From contig CAVSDR010000003.1 of assembly GCA_963726745.1 (NCBI GenBank), forward strand, positions 832,001 to 896,000: a DNA stretch of 64,000 nucleotides. The letters are read 5' to 3'. Below, piece after piece: positions 40,062-51,289 of the stretch. The notes under the pieces were generated by a model that saw only the letters and a program-made list of their open reading frames with translations, had not been told where the DNA came from and made no database searches. The translations under genes and the position numbers were made by a program. Origin of the DNA: an uncultured Verrucomicrobiae bacterium (GTDB lineage Bacteria > Verrucomicrobiota > Verrucomicrobiia > Chthoniobacterales > UBA10450). The stretch's first letter is position 1; every line of letters begins with the position of its first letter.

Positions 40062-40162
40062 GCCGTGCGGACTGCACCCAGTCTTACCGAAGCGTCTCCG
40101 GTAAGGCAAGCTCGTTAGTCCAACGGCGCTTTACGCGCGTCGCTGCGCCTTAGGCAGCGAGA

Positions 40163-40254
40163 TGGCGGAAGGGGTGGGATTCGAACCCACGGTGGGTTTA
40201 ACCCCACGTTCGATTTCGAGTCGAGTGCCTTAAACCGGGCTCAGCCACCCTTCC
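40163..40254 (-). tRNA. tRNA-Ser (anticodon CGA)
   Basis: Acceptor stem GGAAGGG/CCCTTCC, loop CT-CGA-AA, long variable arm, GGTTCGAATCC T-arm, encoded CCA. Confidence 0.95.
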
Positions 40255-40276
40255 TCTCGATTGCGCTTGCGGGGTG

Positions 40277-40304
40277 ATTATGCTGGAGCCCGCTTATTTT
40301 GCAA
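40277..40304 (-). promoter_or_regulatory. Putative sigma70 promoter of tRNA-Ser
   Basis: TTGCAA-16 bp-CATAAT about 22 bp upstream of the tRNA. Confidence 0.5.
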
Positions 40305-40315
40305 CGCCTCTTGCG

Positions 40316-41642
40316 TCACGAAAAAGTTGCGTGCGCCAGCCATCCCAGCGCGAGCAGATCCAGCAGCAGCGCGCCAGCCAGGAGCGCCTCGAGCATCCGC
40401 GGGACCCGGCGCAACCAGTCGTTAGCCAGCGAGATCAGGAGGAACGGCAAAAGCGGGAGGAAATAGCGCCCCTGGAAACCCTGCACGCGCGGCGCGCCCA
40501 CGGCATTCCACATCGAATAAATCGCGAACTCCGCGGCCACGAAACCTGCGAGCGCCGTCGCGAAAAAGAGCGCGCGCATGGGCCAGGAGAGGCGCAACGT
40601 TCCCGGCTCCAGCAGGCAAACGCCAAGTGCGAGGAGCAGCAAAAATCCCAGCACGAGGAACCATGGCAGCGGGAAATTGAGCCAGCCGAAAACGCCGATC
40701 ATTTCCCGCAGGTGATTCACGCCGAGCTCGCGCAGGTCGGTCAGCATCGCGCCGAGAAACCTCGCCCGGAGCCTGCTGGAGAAGCGCCAACTGGCCCGCG
40801 GGATTGGTCGTGATTCCCGGGCGCATCTGGTTGAAAAGCGCGGGCAATTGCGCGCTCCAGGCGAGATACGGCACGATGAAGGCGCTGGCTAAAAGGGCGC
40901 GCAAACCCCAGCCCCGCGTCCCGGTGCGCCCAGGCAGCGCGAAGACCGTCAAGACCAGGAGCGGCGCGCGCGTTTGCGAAAGCAGGAGCGCCAGCACCAC
41001 CAGCCACACCTGTTCGTCCAGCGTGAGCGTCCCCCGGCTGCGCGCGCGCAAGAGTTCCGCGCACCAAAGAAAAGCCAGCGGGATGGTCACGCTATCGGCG
41101 CTCACGACGCCCAGTTGAAAAAGCAGCATCGGAATGAAAGCGAAAACTCCCAGCGCCTCCGCCCCTGGCGGGAGGCGCCGCAAAGCGAGCACGAGCAAGC
41201 CCGCGCCGCAGAGCGCGCCGGCCAACCGGGCTGCGTAGAAAAGCACCAGCGGCCGGTGTTCCACCGAGCGGACGAGCGCGATCGCCGCGGCCTGCGGCAG
41301 GTAAGTCACCGGCGAGTAGAGCGCGCTCCCGGGAAAATTGGCCCACGCGCGCTTGTGCGGACGCAGGCGCACCTGGCTGCCGAGGCGAAACTGGCCGCGG
41401 CTGGTTTCGATCTTTGCCGCGCGCGGGAACTCGCCCGCGGCGGTCGCAAGTTGCAGCAAGCTGGCCGGCAATTCCCCGCCGACGACGCCTCCCGGTCCGC
41501 GCTGCGCGAGCCATTGGCCTTCCGAGACCTGGTAGGCGCGGAAGAAATGGCTCGGCTCATCCGCGCCGCGAAACGGTCCGGTCACGAGGGGAAACGCGAG
41601 CGCAAAAGCGAAAACGGCGAAGCTGGCGAGGCGCGTTCTCAT
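40316..41642 (-). CDS. DUF2142 family (GT-C-like) membrane protein with a +1 frameshift near 40765
   Basis: PFRGADE.SHF.RAY, YSP..YLPQA and S.D; next frame gives IG.FGWL...GFQGRYFLP. Confidence 0.75.
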
Positions 41643-41793
41643 CCGTAGAGGGCGAAGGTGGGGAGTTTTCCCCGCCGGGGCGAGCCGCAAAAGCGAAAGC
41701 GCCGGCTAATTTTAGACAGCAAATTGGGCGGAAAAGGCGGTTTCTCCCTCGTAAAAAAATGTTACAATTCTGTGCTTGAGCGGGGCTGCCTGA

Positions 41794-41879
41794 GCACCCC
41801 ATCTTGTAGACCGCTCGGGCAGCTCCCCCAGCATCTTGTTGTTCCCGGTTCTTCACGGGTTGTGCACAGGATGCTGGCT
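41794..41879 (+). promoter_or_regulatory. Three putative NrdR boxes upstream of nrdJ
   Basis: gcACCCCATCTTGTag (41794), ccCCAGCATCTTGTtg (41826, 32 bp later) and inverted gcACAGGATGCTGGct (41864), similar to the acaCwAtATaTwGtg consensus. Confidence 0.6.
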
Positions 41880-41943
41880 GGGCTGTTCACGGTTCTTCGC
41901 CGTTTTTCACACCAACCGTTCACCTTTCAACCGTCGACCCGTC

Positions 41944-44900
41944 ATGATCCAACTCAAACCCGGCCTCCAACCCGCTTCCTTCTCGTCTTCCGCCAAGCCG
42001 CGCGTGCGCAGCAAGAGCCGGAACCGAAAAAAGCCGGCCGGCCTCCGCTTTGACCGCGTTTTCAGCAACGCCAAAGTCGCGCCGTTCGACCAGATCGAAT
42101 GGGAAAAACGCACCGCGGAGATCACCGACGACGCCGGAAAAGTGATCTTCAAGCAGGAGAACATCGAGGTGCCGAAGTCGTGGAGCGCGCTCGCGACCAA
42201 GATCGCGGTCTCGAAGTATTTCTACGGCGACATCGCCAACGGGACCGATCCGCTCAAGGGCGGCCGCGAAACCTCGGTGCGTCAGCTGATTCACCGCGTC
42301 ACCCGCACGATCACCGACTGGGGCATTGCCGACGGCTATTTCGCCGACGCCGCGACCGCAGAAACGTTTTACGACGAGCTCACCTGGCTCTGCCTGAACC
42401 AACATGGCGCCTTCAATTCGCCGGTCTGGTTTAACGTCGGCCTCTACCACCAATACGGCACCGGCCGCGAGGCGGGGCTGGGCAATTTCTTCTTCAACCG
42501 CGAAACCGGCCAGGCTGAGCGCGCGACCTCGCAGTACGAGTATCCGCAGGGCAGCGCCTGCTTCATCCAGAGCGTGGAAGACACCATGGAAGACATCATG
42601 CGCCTGGCGATGAGCGAGGCGATGCTCTTCAAATACGGCAGCGGTACCGGCAGCGATTTGTCCACCCTGCGGAGCACGCGCGAAAAGCTCAGCGGCGGCG
42701 GGAAACCGAGCGGCCCGCTCTCGTTCCTCAAGGTCTACGACCAGGTGGCGAACGTGGTGAAGAGCGGCGGCAAAACTCGCCGCGCGGCGAAGATGAACAC
42801 GCTCAAGGACTGGCATCCGGACATCGAGGAATTCATCGATGCGAAGCAGAACGAGGAGCGCAAAGCCTGGGCCTTGATCGAGCAGGGTTACGACGGCAGC
42901 TACAACGGCGAAGCCTACGGCTCGGTGATGTATCAGAACGAAAACCTGAGCGTGCGCGTGAGCGACGAGTTCATGAACGCCGCGGTCGAAGGCCGTGAAT
43001 GGTGGACCAAGCGCGTGCGCGACGGCGTTCCCTGCGACAAGAAAGATGCGCGCACCCTCCTGCGGAAAATCGCCGAGGGAACGCACGTCTGCGGCGATCC
43101 CGGGATGCAGTTCGACACCACGATCCACAAGTGGCACACCTGCAAAGGCACCGCCCGGCAGAACTCGACCAATCCCTGCAGCGAATACCTGTTCCTCGAC
43201 AACACCGCCTGCAATCTCGCCTCGCTCAACTTGATGAAGTTCAAGGGCGCGGACGGCGTTTTCGCGGTCGAGCGCTTCAAGGCAGCTTGCCGGCTGTTTA
43301 TCACCGCCCAGGAAATCCTGGTCGATAACGCCAGCTACCCGATCAAGGAGATCGCCGAGAATTCGCACATCTTCCGCACCCTCGGCCTCGGCTTCGCCAA
43401 TCTCGGCTCGCTCATCATGAGCTACGGCTACGGCTACGACAGCGCGGAAGGCCGCGCGCTCGGCGGCGCGATCACCTCGATCATGACCGGCGAAGCCTAC
43501 GAGCAGAGCGCGCGCATGGCCAAGGCGATGGGCCCCTTCCCCGGCTACCGCGACGCGCGTTGCAGCGGCGTGGCCAAGCCAAAGGCGAAGGACAACGTCG
43601 CGCCGATGCAGGAAGTGATCGAACTCCACCGCGCGGCGGTGAACGAGATCCAGCCGAACGAAGAGTTCGCCTACCTGAAGGACGAAGCCGCGAAAGTCTG
43701 GGACTCGGCCGCCTCGTTAGGCCAGAAGCACGGCTACCGGAACGCGCAGGTCACCGTCCTCGCGCCCACGGGCACGATCAGCTTCCTGATGGACTGCGAC
43801 ACCACCGGGATCGAGCCCGACATCGCGCTGGTTAAATACAAACTCCTGGCCGGCGGCGGCATGCTCAAGATCGTCAACCAGACGGTGAAACCCGCGCTCG
43901 AGAAACTGGGTTACAACTCCGAGGAGATCGAGCGGATCATCGCCCACATCGATGCCTGCGACACGATCGAGGACGTGACCGACAGCGACGGCTCGACGAT
44001 CTCTTCCGGGCTCAAGCCGGAGCATCTCGCGATCTTTGACTGCGCTTTCAAGCCGCACCGCGGCCAGCGTTCGTTAGGCTACATGGCGCACTTGCGGATG
44101 ATGGCGGCCGCGCAGCCCTTCCTGAGCGGCGCGATCTCGAAGACGGTCAACATGCCGGAGACGGCCACGGTCGACGAAATCATGCACACCTACGTCGAAG
44201 GCTGGCGCCTCGGCCTGAAGGCGATCGCGATTTACCGCGACGGCTCGAAGCGTTCCGCGCCCTTGAACACCAAAAAGACCAAGGACATGGGCGGCCTCAT
44301 GGAAGCGGCGGCGATCGCTCGAGCGGCCGGAGCAGGCGCTCGAGCTGCGCATCCTCGAACTCGAGAACGAGATCAGCAATCTCCGCGGCAAACCGACCCG
44401 CCACCGCATGCCCGACACGCGCATGTCGCTGACGCACAAGTTCGAGATCGCGGGCCACGAAGGCTACATCACCGTCGGCCTCTACGAGGACGGCATGCCC
44501 GGCGAGCTCTTCATCCAGATGGCCAAGGAAGGCAGCACCATCGGCGGCTTGATGGACACGGTGGCTACGCTCACCTCGCTCTCGCTGCAATACGGCGTGC
44601 CGCTGGAATCGATGGTCAAGAAGTTCGCCTACCAGCGCTTTGAGCCGAGCGGTTTCACCAAGAATCCCGACATCCGCAACGCCACCAGCATCACCGATTA
44701 CGTCTTCCGCTGGCTCGGGTGCCAGTTCATCAAAGGCTACAAGGAAGCGACCGCGCCCCATCGGACGCAGCCGGAATTGCCGATGAAGGAAATCCCGGAC
44801 ATGGAGAAGAAGGCGGTCAATCGCCCGGTCTCCGACCTGCCGCGGACCGCGGAGAAGGAAGTGCTCGACGTGATCACGAACCACGTCTCGAACGACGGCT

Positions 44901-45067
44901 TACCGAGTGTGAACGGCGGGGGCCACACCCACGCCGAGCGCGTGAAGGAAGCGCTTGGCTCGACCTTCATGGAAACGCCCTGCTCCCATTGCGGGAGCGA
45001 GAAAGTGATCCGGGCCGGCGCCTGCGGCGTCTGCACCGAGTGCGGCACGAGCCAGGGCTGCAGCTAG
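41944..45067 (+). CDS. nrdJ: Adenosylcobalamin-dependent class II ribonucleotide reductase with TSCPD and zinc-ribbon C-terminus; +1 frameshift near 44315
   Basis: FNSPVWFN, SACFI, GGKTRRAAKM, TNPCSEY, APTGTI and SGAISKTVN; next frame gives GELFI..AKEGST, FEPSG and C..CG.......G.C..C..CG. Confidence 0.92.
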
Positions 45068-45092
45068 CCCCAACCTCAGTCGCTCAAGAAAG

Positions 45093-45126
45093 AAGGCGCG
45101 CGGGATTACACCCGCGCGCCTTTTTG
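45093..45126 (+). terminator. Rho-independent terminator after nrdJ, possibly bidirectional
   Basis: AAGGCGCGCGGG-ATTACA-CCCGCGCGCCTT then a T run; A-rich 5' flank; between convergent genes. Confidence 0.85.
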
Positions 45127-45146
45127 TTGAGCCGCCCGCGACGCGG

Positions 45147-48100
45147 TTACGGATTGATTCCGTTGCCCGCTTTGCTCCGCACGATGATGGCGTCGCCGCC
45201 GTTGATCGTGCCGTCGCGGTTGACGTCGTAGCGGAAGTTCGTCCCGTCAGTCAACTGGCCGGAATTGCTGCGCGTTTGCTGGGCATCACCCGCGTTGACC
45301 GTGCCGTCGCCGCTGGTGTCGCCGATGAGGAAGCCCATGACGGCGTTGACTGAGCTTAGGACCCCGCCGCCGGTGACTGCCGTTACATTGGTCGCAGTGA
45401 GGGTGAGCTTCTGCTGATCGCCCACGCCGGTGAGATTAACCAGCATGTCGTTTCCGCTGAAGGTGACCGCGCCCGCGGTGCCGACACCGGCCGAGACGGA
45501 AGCATTTCCGCTCTGCAACGGCCGGTCGAAATGCAGCACGGCGGTGAAGTTGCCGCCAGTCCTCGGCTCCACGCCGGAACCATTGAGGAGCATTTCGGTG
45601 TCAAACGAGCCGGCTGCGCCGTGGGCCGCGCGGGTGCCCGCGCCGATGAGCACCGGCACGCCCGGCACCGCGGCGCTGCAGGCATTGGGCAGGCGAACGT
45701 TGCTCACGCCAATGTCGTCCAGGTAAAAGCCTTTAAACTGCGCGCCGGGATCCGAGACGAAGCGCCAGCGGAACTGGATGGTGTCTCCCGGCGCGAGGCC
45801 CGTGAGCAGATGGCAGCGCCGTCCATAGCTGGTGATGTCCGCCGTGGTCCAGGTGTTGCAATCCACCCCGCCAGCCGCCGCCGGCCCGGTGATGACCGTC
45901 TTGGAGGCCGGGTAGCCGCAGGCGTTCGCCGCGGGCGAACCCGTGCAATCGAGCGCGGCGTAATCCGCAGTGATGTCGGAGACCATGCATCCATTAGCCG
46001 TCGAGTTGGTCGGCGCAGGCACGTCCGTCCAGGGACCGCCGTTGCGCGAGTATTCGATCGCGACGCCATCCCAGCCCTTCTCGAGCTGGTGCCGTTCCCA
46101 ATAGGTGAGGTTGATCGAGCTCGCGCCCACGGTAAGCACGGGCGTCTCCGCGGCGGAACATTGGTTGTTGGCGTAAAGCGCGTTCGGGCCCGGGCCGGTG
46201 TTGCGATAGGCGTAGCCGCCGCCGCTGGTGTGGTTCGCGCCTGCGTCATCGGCGGTTTTCACGATCCGCCAGGTCGCGTCCGTGGTATTGCCGGCGCCGC
46301 TGGGATTCAGCCGCAGGAAGGAAGTGGCGTCGCCGCCGCCATCCGTCCATGCGCCGGGAGAGGCCGACGTGCCGGCAGCGTAGGCAGTGCCGGCGACGTG
46401 TAGGTTATTCAAGTCCTCGTTGCCGCCGCAGGCGCCGCCATTGCCGGTGGTATTATCCTCCGCGCGCACCACGTAGTAGTAGGTATTCCCGCCGATGAGG
46501 TTGTCGGTGTCGGTATAGCTGGTTCCTGCCAAACAGCCGGCCACACGGTTCGCCGGTGCGGGTGTGAAATCCGGCACGGTGCCGCGGTAGACATTGTAAC
46601 GCAGGGTCGAATTGAGCGGGCAACCAGCGGACCCCGGCGTCCAGTTGAGCGTGATCCCACAAGCCGGGCCATCGAGACTGCTGGCGCGGTTCAAACCCGC
46701 GAAGGTCGGCCGGATGGTGCAATTCCCCGTGGCGGTCGCGCTGGCGGCGCTGCTGCGCACGAGCGCCTGGCAACGTCCGGCGCCATCGGTCGCCGCAAGC
46801 ACGCGATAACTATAGGTCACGCCTCCTTGCACCGTGGTGTCGGTAAAGCTGGTCGCCGAGCCAGCGACAAAGCCGACCGGCTGGTAAAGCCCTTCGCTCC
46901 CGGCGGCGCCGAGGGCACGCTCGATCGCGTAACTGCCCGGCGCGGGAGAAATAGCCGACCAGTTCACCTGGAGCTGGTTCGGACCTATGGCCGAGACCGC
47001 GCCGATGACAGGCGCGCTTGTGGGCCGCGCCGTGCAAGTCGTCGGCTGGCATTGCCCCGCGGGAAAAGCAGCCGAACCCACGCGCGTGTGCCAGTTGGCG
47101 TTGGAGGTGCCGCCGGCGGCGTAATACTCGTTTACGTGCCAGAAAGTGCAGTCGTCCGCGGGATCGATGCTCGTGCTGGTGTAATCGCCCCAGCGTCCCG
47201 GCGAAAGACCGGCGGGATCATTCACGATGTTGCGCGTGCCGGTGAAGATGATCGCCTCGGGCGCGGTCATGGTCCCGAGCGGGTCGGCCTTCGCCCGGGC
47301 GGTGTAGCGGATGGAATGCGCGTCCGTCAGTTCCACCGTTCCGGTGGCGCTGTAACCCACGAGAATGTTTTCCCCGCCATCCATCGCGATCGATGGCATC
47401 CAGCGCGAGCGCCCATTCGGCGCATCCGCCACGGTGCCCTGCTGGTAGGTGCAAGGGTAGGTCGCGCAGACCGCATCGGGCGTTCCAGAAATCCGGAAGT
47501 CATACCAGCGCACCCCGGAGACCACGCCCGCGATGTTTGGATCGACCGAATGAGAAACAACCAGCGACTCGTGATCGACGAAGTTGCGGTAGGCCAGGCG
47601 GAACATCAGCCGGTCGGCCAGCGAATCGATCGTAAAGGCGCTTTGCGGCTGCGGAATGCAATTGCCGCCCCCGCAGGCGGCGCTGGCCGCGGCGATTGGC
47701 ATTTTCGCCTGCAACGTGCGCGTGGTGTTGGCCGCGTTCGCGAAGTCCACCTTCATTCGATAGAGATACATCCCATCGGAGTGGATCGAGGTGAAGATGC
47801 CGGGTGCGCCGCCCGGCGGCGGGGCGAAGCCGTCCAAGTCTGCCGGCAAATGCCCGCCCTCGAGCGGGTCCACAATCACCTGCCAGGTCGCCGTCGGATT
47901 GCCCGCGAGCATCTTCGTGCGGTCCATCGCGCCGAAGAGACCGCCGACGAAGCCGCCGGAGGTGTTCACGAAATTGTGCGCCATCACGTAATAAGCGTCG
48001 GTCCAGACGCCGTAGTGCGGATAGTCGCCGAAGTTGCCATTCGGCACCGCAAAGGCGTAGCGCGCATAGGTCCCCGCGGCATTGGCCGAGGTCGAGACAG

Positions 48101-48932
48101 CGACGCATTGATAATAGAAACCGCCCGAGACCGCGGAGGTAAACTGCGAGATCATCCAGCGGTTCGCGACCTTGTCATACAGCACCACGGGGTCGCCGGA
48201 GTTTTGCGTCTGGCAAGGCCCGCCAAAGCCGGCCCAGAGGGTGTTGATGTTCACCGGCCCCACGATCGAGGTCGCGACCTTGGTCGTGCGATTGAGCGAC
48301 CAGACCTGGTAGCGCGAGTTCACCGTCTCAACGTATTGGTCATTCCCGACCGAGCCGTTGTTGTCCGGCGGGAAGCTATTCGACCCGGCGATGCCCTCGA
48401 AGTTAAAGCCGGCCACCGGCGCCGCGGCCGTGGTCACCAGGCGGCTGGCGGTTTTTGCCGCGGGCGCGACTTGCGTTACCGGGTCCGACAGCTCGGAGCG
48501 CGGGATGCGCGCGGCCGGTAATTCCAGTTCTGGCAACTGCTCGGCCGCGGGCTCGGGCAGCGCGATCTTGGCCAGCTCCGTCAGCGGCGGCGAGAGGTCG
48601 AAATTAGCCGGCGAGATCGAGTAGACCGTCTGGCCCATGCGATTTGTCGCTTCGCGCACGGTCGGATGCTGCGGGAGATTTTGCGCCCGCGGCGCGCTCG
48701 CCGCCGGGGCGGAGGCTCCCACGGTGGTCATGGCCGCGCTGCCGCGCACGCTTTCACCCTTCTTCTTTAGGAGCGCCAGGTTGCTGGCTATTTTTGGCGG
48801 CGCTTTGTCGATGGGATTTGGCAGCGCGCCCAGCGCCAGGAGCGCCAGGAGGCTGCCGATGAGGCAAAACGTCAGTGCGAGCAACGCACGGATGCCGAAG
48901 AAAGCGGAAGGGACAGAGGGTGTTCTTTTCAT
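45147..48932 (-). CDS. Large secreted Cys-rich protein with fibronectin-III-like domains and C-terminal dockerin-like repeats
   Basis: MKRT..SAFF leader with hydrophobic helix; PPD.NG.VG, RWGDY; F.D..V..G.TY.Y.V FnIII motifs; [13 protein letters not shown] and [12 protein letters not shown]. Confidence 0.8.
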   Translation of the reverse strand: MKRTPSVPSAFFGIRALLALTFCLIGSLLALLALGALPNPIDKAPPKIASNLALLKKKGESVRGSAAMTTVGASAPAASAPRAQNLPQHPTVREATNRMGQTVYSISPANFDLSPPLTELAKIALPEPAAEQLPELELPAARIPRSELSDPVTQVAPAAKTASRLVTTAAAPVAGFNFEGIAGSNSFPPDNNGSVGNDQYVETVNSRYQVWSLNRTTKVATSIVGPVNINTLWAGFGGPCQTQNSGDPVVLYDKVANRWMISQFTSAVSGGFYYQCVAVSTSANAAGTYARYAFAVPNGNFGDYPHYGVWTDAYYVMAHNFVNTSGGFVGGLFGAMDRTKMLAGNPTATWQVIVDPLEGGHLPADLDGFAPPPGGAPGIFTSIHSDGMYLYRMKVDFANAANTTRTLQAKMPIAAASAACGGGNCIPQPQSAFTIDSLADRLMFRLAYRNFVDHESLVVSHSVDPNIAGVVSGVRWYDFRISGTPDAVCATYPCTYQQGTVADAPNGRSRWMPSIAMDGGENILVGYSATGTVELTDAHSIRYTARAKADPLGTMTAPEAIIFTGTRNIVNDPAGLSPGRWGDYTSTSIDPADDCTFWHVNEYYAAGGTSNANWHTRVGSAAFPAGQCQPTTCTARPTSAPVIGAVSAIGPNQLQVNWSAISPAPGSYAIERALGAAGSEGLYQPVGFVAGSATSFTDTTVQGGVTYSYRVLAATDGAGRCQALVRSSAASATATGNCTIRPTFAGLNRASSLDGPACGITLNWTPGSAGCPLNSTLRYNVYRGTVPDFTPAPANRVAGCLAGTSYTDTDNLIGGNTYYYVVRAEDNTTGNGGACGGNEDLNNLHVAGTAYAAGTSASPGAWTDGGGDATSFLRLNPSGAGNTTDATWRIVKTADDAGANHTSGGGYAYRNTGPGPNALYANNQCSAAETPVLTVGASSINLTYWERHQLEKGWDGVAIEYSRNGGPWTDVPAPTNSTANGCMVSDITADYAALDCTGSPAANACGYPASKTVITGPAAAGGVDCNTWTTADITSYGRRCHLLTGLAPGDTIQFRWRFVSDPGAQFKGFYLDDIGVSNVRLPNACSAAVPGVPVLIGAGTRAAHGAAGSFDTEMLLNGSGVEPRTGGNFTAVLHFDRPLQSGNASVSAGVGTAGAVTFSGNDMLVNLTGVGDQQKLTLTATNVTAVTGGGVLSSVNAVMGFLIGDTSGDGTVNAGDAQQTRSNSGQLTDGTNFRYDVNRDGTINGGDAIIVRSKAGNGINP

Positions 48933-49076
48933 AGTTTGGGACGGAGGTTCGCGCGAGCGCCAGCATGTCAGATTGGGCCCGCTGGTGGCAGCAAAAAACT
49001 GCGCGACCACGTCTGGCCCGCGCGAAGAGGATTGCGCCCAAGCCCGCTCCGCGCTTCCAATGCCGGGCCAGTGCCC

Positions 49077-50387
49077 ATGATCTCCGCCTCGCCTGCTTCC
49101 CGCCGCCCTTGGTATCGCGTTCTCTATCTTCAGGTGCTGGTCGCGGTCGCACTCGGCATTCTCGTGGGCCATTTCTTCCCCGAGTTTGGCCGGGCGCTCA
49201 AGCCGCTCGGCGACGGCTTCATCCGCCTGGTGAAAATGATCATCGCCCCGATCATTTTTTGCACCGTGGTCCACGGGATCGCCTCGATGCGCGACCTGAA
49301 AAAGCTCGGGCGCGTCGGCGGCAAGACGCTGCTCTACTTCGAGGTCGTTTCCACGATTGCGCTCCTCATCGGCCTGGTGGTGGTCAACCTCCTCAAGCCC
49401 GGCGCCGGCTTCAACATCGACCCGCGCACGCTCGATCCGGGGATCGGGCGCGGCTACGCCCAGGCGGCGCAAAACCACTCGTTAGTCGACTTCCTGCTCA
49501 ACATCATTCCCCGCTCTTTCTTCGACGCTTTCGCCACCGGCGATCTCCTTCAGGTTCTGCTCGTTTCCATTCTCACCGCCTTCGCCATTTCCTTCCTCGG
49601 TCCGCGCGGGCAACCAATCCTGCGCGTGGTCGCGACCGGCGCGGAAATCTTTTTCGGGATCATGCGCCTGATCGTAAAAGTGGCGCCGCTGGCCGCCTTT
49701 GGCGCGATGGGATTTACCGTCGGCAGCTACGGCCTGGGCGCACTCCATCGCCTGCTCGCGCTCATGCTCGGCTTTTACCTCACCGCCGGCATTTTCGTGC
49801 TGGTGGTCCTGGGCACGATCGCGGCCGCGGCCGGCTTCTCGATCTTTCGCTACCTCGATTACATCAAGGAGGAAATCCTGCTCGTTCTCGGCACCAGCTC
49901 CTCGGAAACCGCGCTTCCGGGAATGCTGGCAAAATTGCGCCGGCTCGGCTGCGCCGAATCGACCGTCGGCCTGGTCATTCCCACGGGCTACAGCTTCAAC
50001 CTCGACGGCACCAACATCTACATGACCATGGCCGCGATCTTCCTCGCGCAGGCCACGAATACGCCGCTCGACCTTCGCCAGCAGCTCACGCTGCTCCTCG
50101 TCGCGATGATCTCCTCCAAGGGCGCCAGCGGCGTCACCGGCGCGGGCTTTGTCACGCTCGCGGCCACCTTATCGGCCGTGCCGGTGATCCCGATCGAAGC
50201 GCTCGCGCTCCTCGTGGGGATCGATCGTTTCATGAGCGAGTGCCGCGCGGTGACGAACCTCATCGGCAATGGCGTGGCCACGATCGTAATCAGCCGCTGG
50301 GAGGGCGAGGTCACGCCGGCGCAGTTGCGGGAGAAATTGCGCACGCCGGCGAGCTTCCTCGATCTCACGCCCGAAGGCGCTGGCTAA
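49077..50387 (+). CDS. dctA: C4-dicarboxylate:H+ symporter (DAACS family)
   Basis: [47 protein letters not shown] and DRFMSECR. Confidence 0.93.
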   Translation: MISASPASRRPWYRVLYLQVLVAVALGILVGHFFPEFGRALKPLGDGFIRLVKMIIAPIIFCTVVHGIASMRDLKKLGRVGGKTLLYFEVVSTIALLIGLVVVNLLKPGAGFNIDPRTLDPGIGRGYAQAAQNHSLVDFLLNIIPRSFFDAFATGDLLQVLLVSILTAFAISFLGPRGQPILRVVATGAEIFFGIMRLIVKVAPLAAFGAMGFTVGSYGLGALHRLLALMLGFYLTAGIFVLVVLGTIAAAAGFSIFRYLDYIKEEILLVLGTSSSETALPGMLAKLRRLGCAESTVGLVIPTGYSFNLDGTNIYMTMAAIFLAQATNTPLDLRQQLTLLLVAMISSKGASGVTGAGFVTLAATLSAVPVIPIEALALLVGIDRFMSECRAVTNLIGNGVATIVISRWEGEVTPAQLREKLRTPASFLDLTPEGAG

Positions 50388-51283
50388 ATGCCGCGCGGAG
50401 GCGTCGGGCGGCGGAAAATCATCCACACGCCCAGGAGCACGAGCGCGCCGCCTGCGAGTTGCCAGAGCGAAAAACTCTCGCCGCCCAGCAGCCATCCGAT
50501 GGCGACGGCGCCCGGCGGAGTAATCAGCGAGATCGTCTGGAGCTTGTTCACCGCGATTCGCGGGAGCAGCCAGTAGAGCAGGAGAAAGGTCAGCGCCGAG
50601 CCGACGATCGCGAGATAAAGCAGGCAAAAAACCGCCAGCCCGCTCCAATGGAAGGCGAGCGGGTTTCCCTCCACCACCAGCCCGAGCGCAAGCAGCGGCA
50701 CCGCGCCGAAGATCATTTGCCAGGCGGCGATCATCGCCGGCGCCAGCGCGAGCGCGCGCTGCTTCAGGAGCACATTCGAGAACGCCGCGCCCGCGCCGCC
50801 GAGCGCGATCCCCAGCCCGCCCCAGAACGGCAGCGCGCCGCTGTGCGAAAAAAGCCGCGCGCAGATCAAAGCCACGCCCGCGATCGCCACCAAAGCGCCG
50901 CCTAATTGCCGCCCGCGCAGCGGTTCCGCCGGGAGCAGCCAGTGCGCGAAGACCATCCCGAAGACCGGAATCGTGGCCTGCAAGACCGCGGCCAGGCCGG
51001 AGGAAACGTTGAGCTCGCCCCAGAAGAGCAGCCCGTAGTTCACCGTGAACATGAGCACGCCGGTAAAGCCGAGCAGCTGCCAGTCGGCCCGCGTTCTCGG
51101 CAGCAGCCGCACCCGGCCTAACGAGACCGCGACCAGGACCACGAACGCCAGGAGGAAGCGAATCGCGGCAAAAGAAATCGGCGGCAAATCCGCCAGCCCC
51201 ACCTTGATCGCGAGCCACGTCGAACTCCAGACGACGCAGAGCGTGGCGTAAGCCGCCAAGATTTTCCACCGGCCGGCGCCCAT
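50384..51283 (-). CDS. EamA/DMT family transporter
   Basis: WSSTW, AIRF, two-repeat 10-TM topology, LGGE. Confidence 0.88.
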   Translation of the reverse strand: MGAGRWKILAAYATLCVVWSSTWLAIKVGLADLPPISFAAIRFLLAFVVLVAVSLGRVRLLPRTRADWQLLGFTGVLMFTVNYGLLFWGELNVSSGLAAVLQATIPVFGMVFAHWLLPAEPLRGRQLGGALVAIAGVALICARLFSHSGALPFWGGLGIALGGAGAAFSNVLLKQRALALAPAMIAAWQMIFGAVPLLALGLVVEGNPLAFHWSGLAVFCLLYLAIVGSALTFLLLYWLLPRIAVNKLQTISLITPPGAVAIGWLLGGESFSLWQLAGGALVLLGVWMIFRRPTPPRGI

Positions 51284-51289
51284 TGTTCG

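Noticed and set aside
31515..40254. Genomic island integrated at the tRNA-Ser 3' end carrying the cytochrome cluster
   Set aside because: No integrase, no duplicated tRNA 3' end at the far boundary, and the cluster is rich in the host CTAACGA motif (about 10 copies), which suggests long residence.
41700..41943. Cobalamin riboswitch upstream of nrdJ
   Set aside because: No B12-box or other conserved riboswitch elements are recognisable; the repeats fit NrdR boxes better.
44408..45067. Genuinely split nrdJa/nrdJb genes
   Set aside because: The upstream frame has no stop until 44643 and turns to implausible sequence after ~44315, while the second frame is already protein-like before its ATG; one extra base explains this better.
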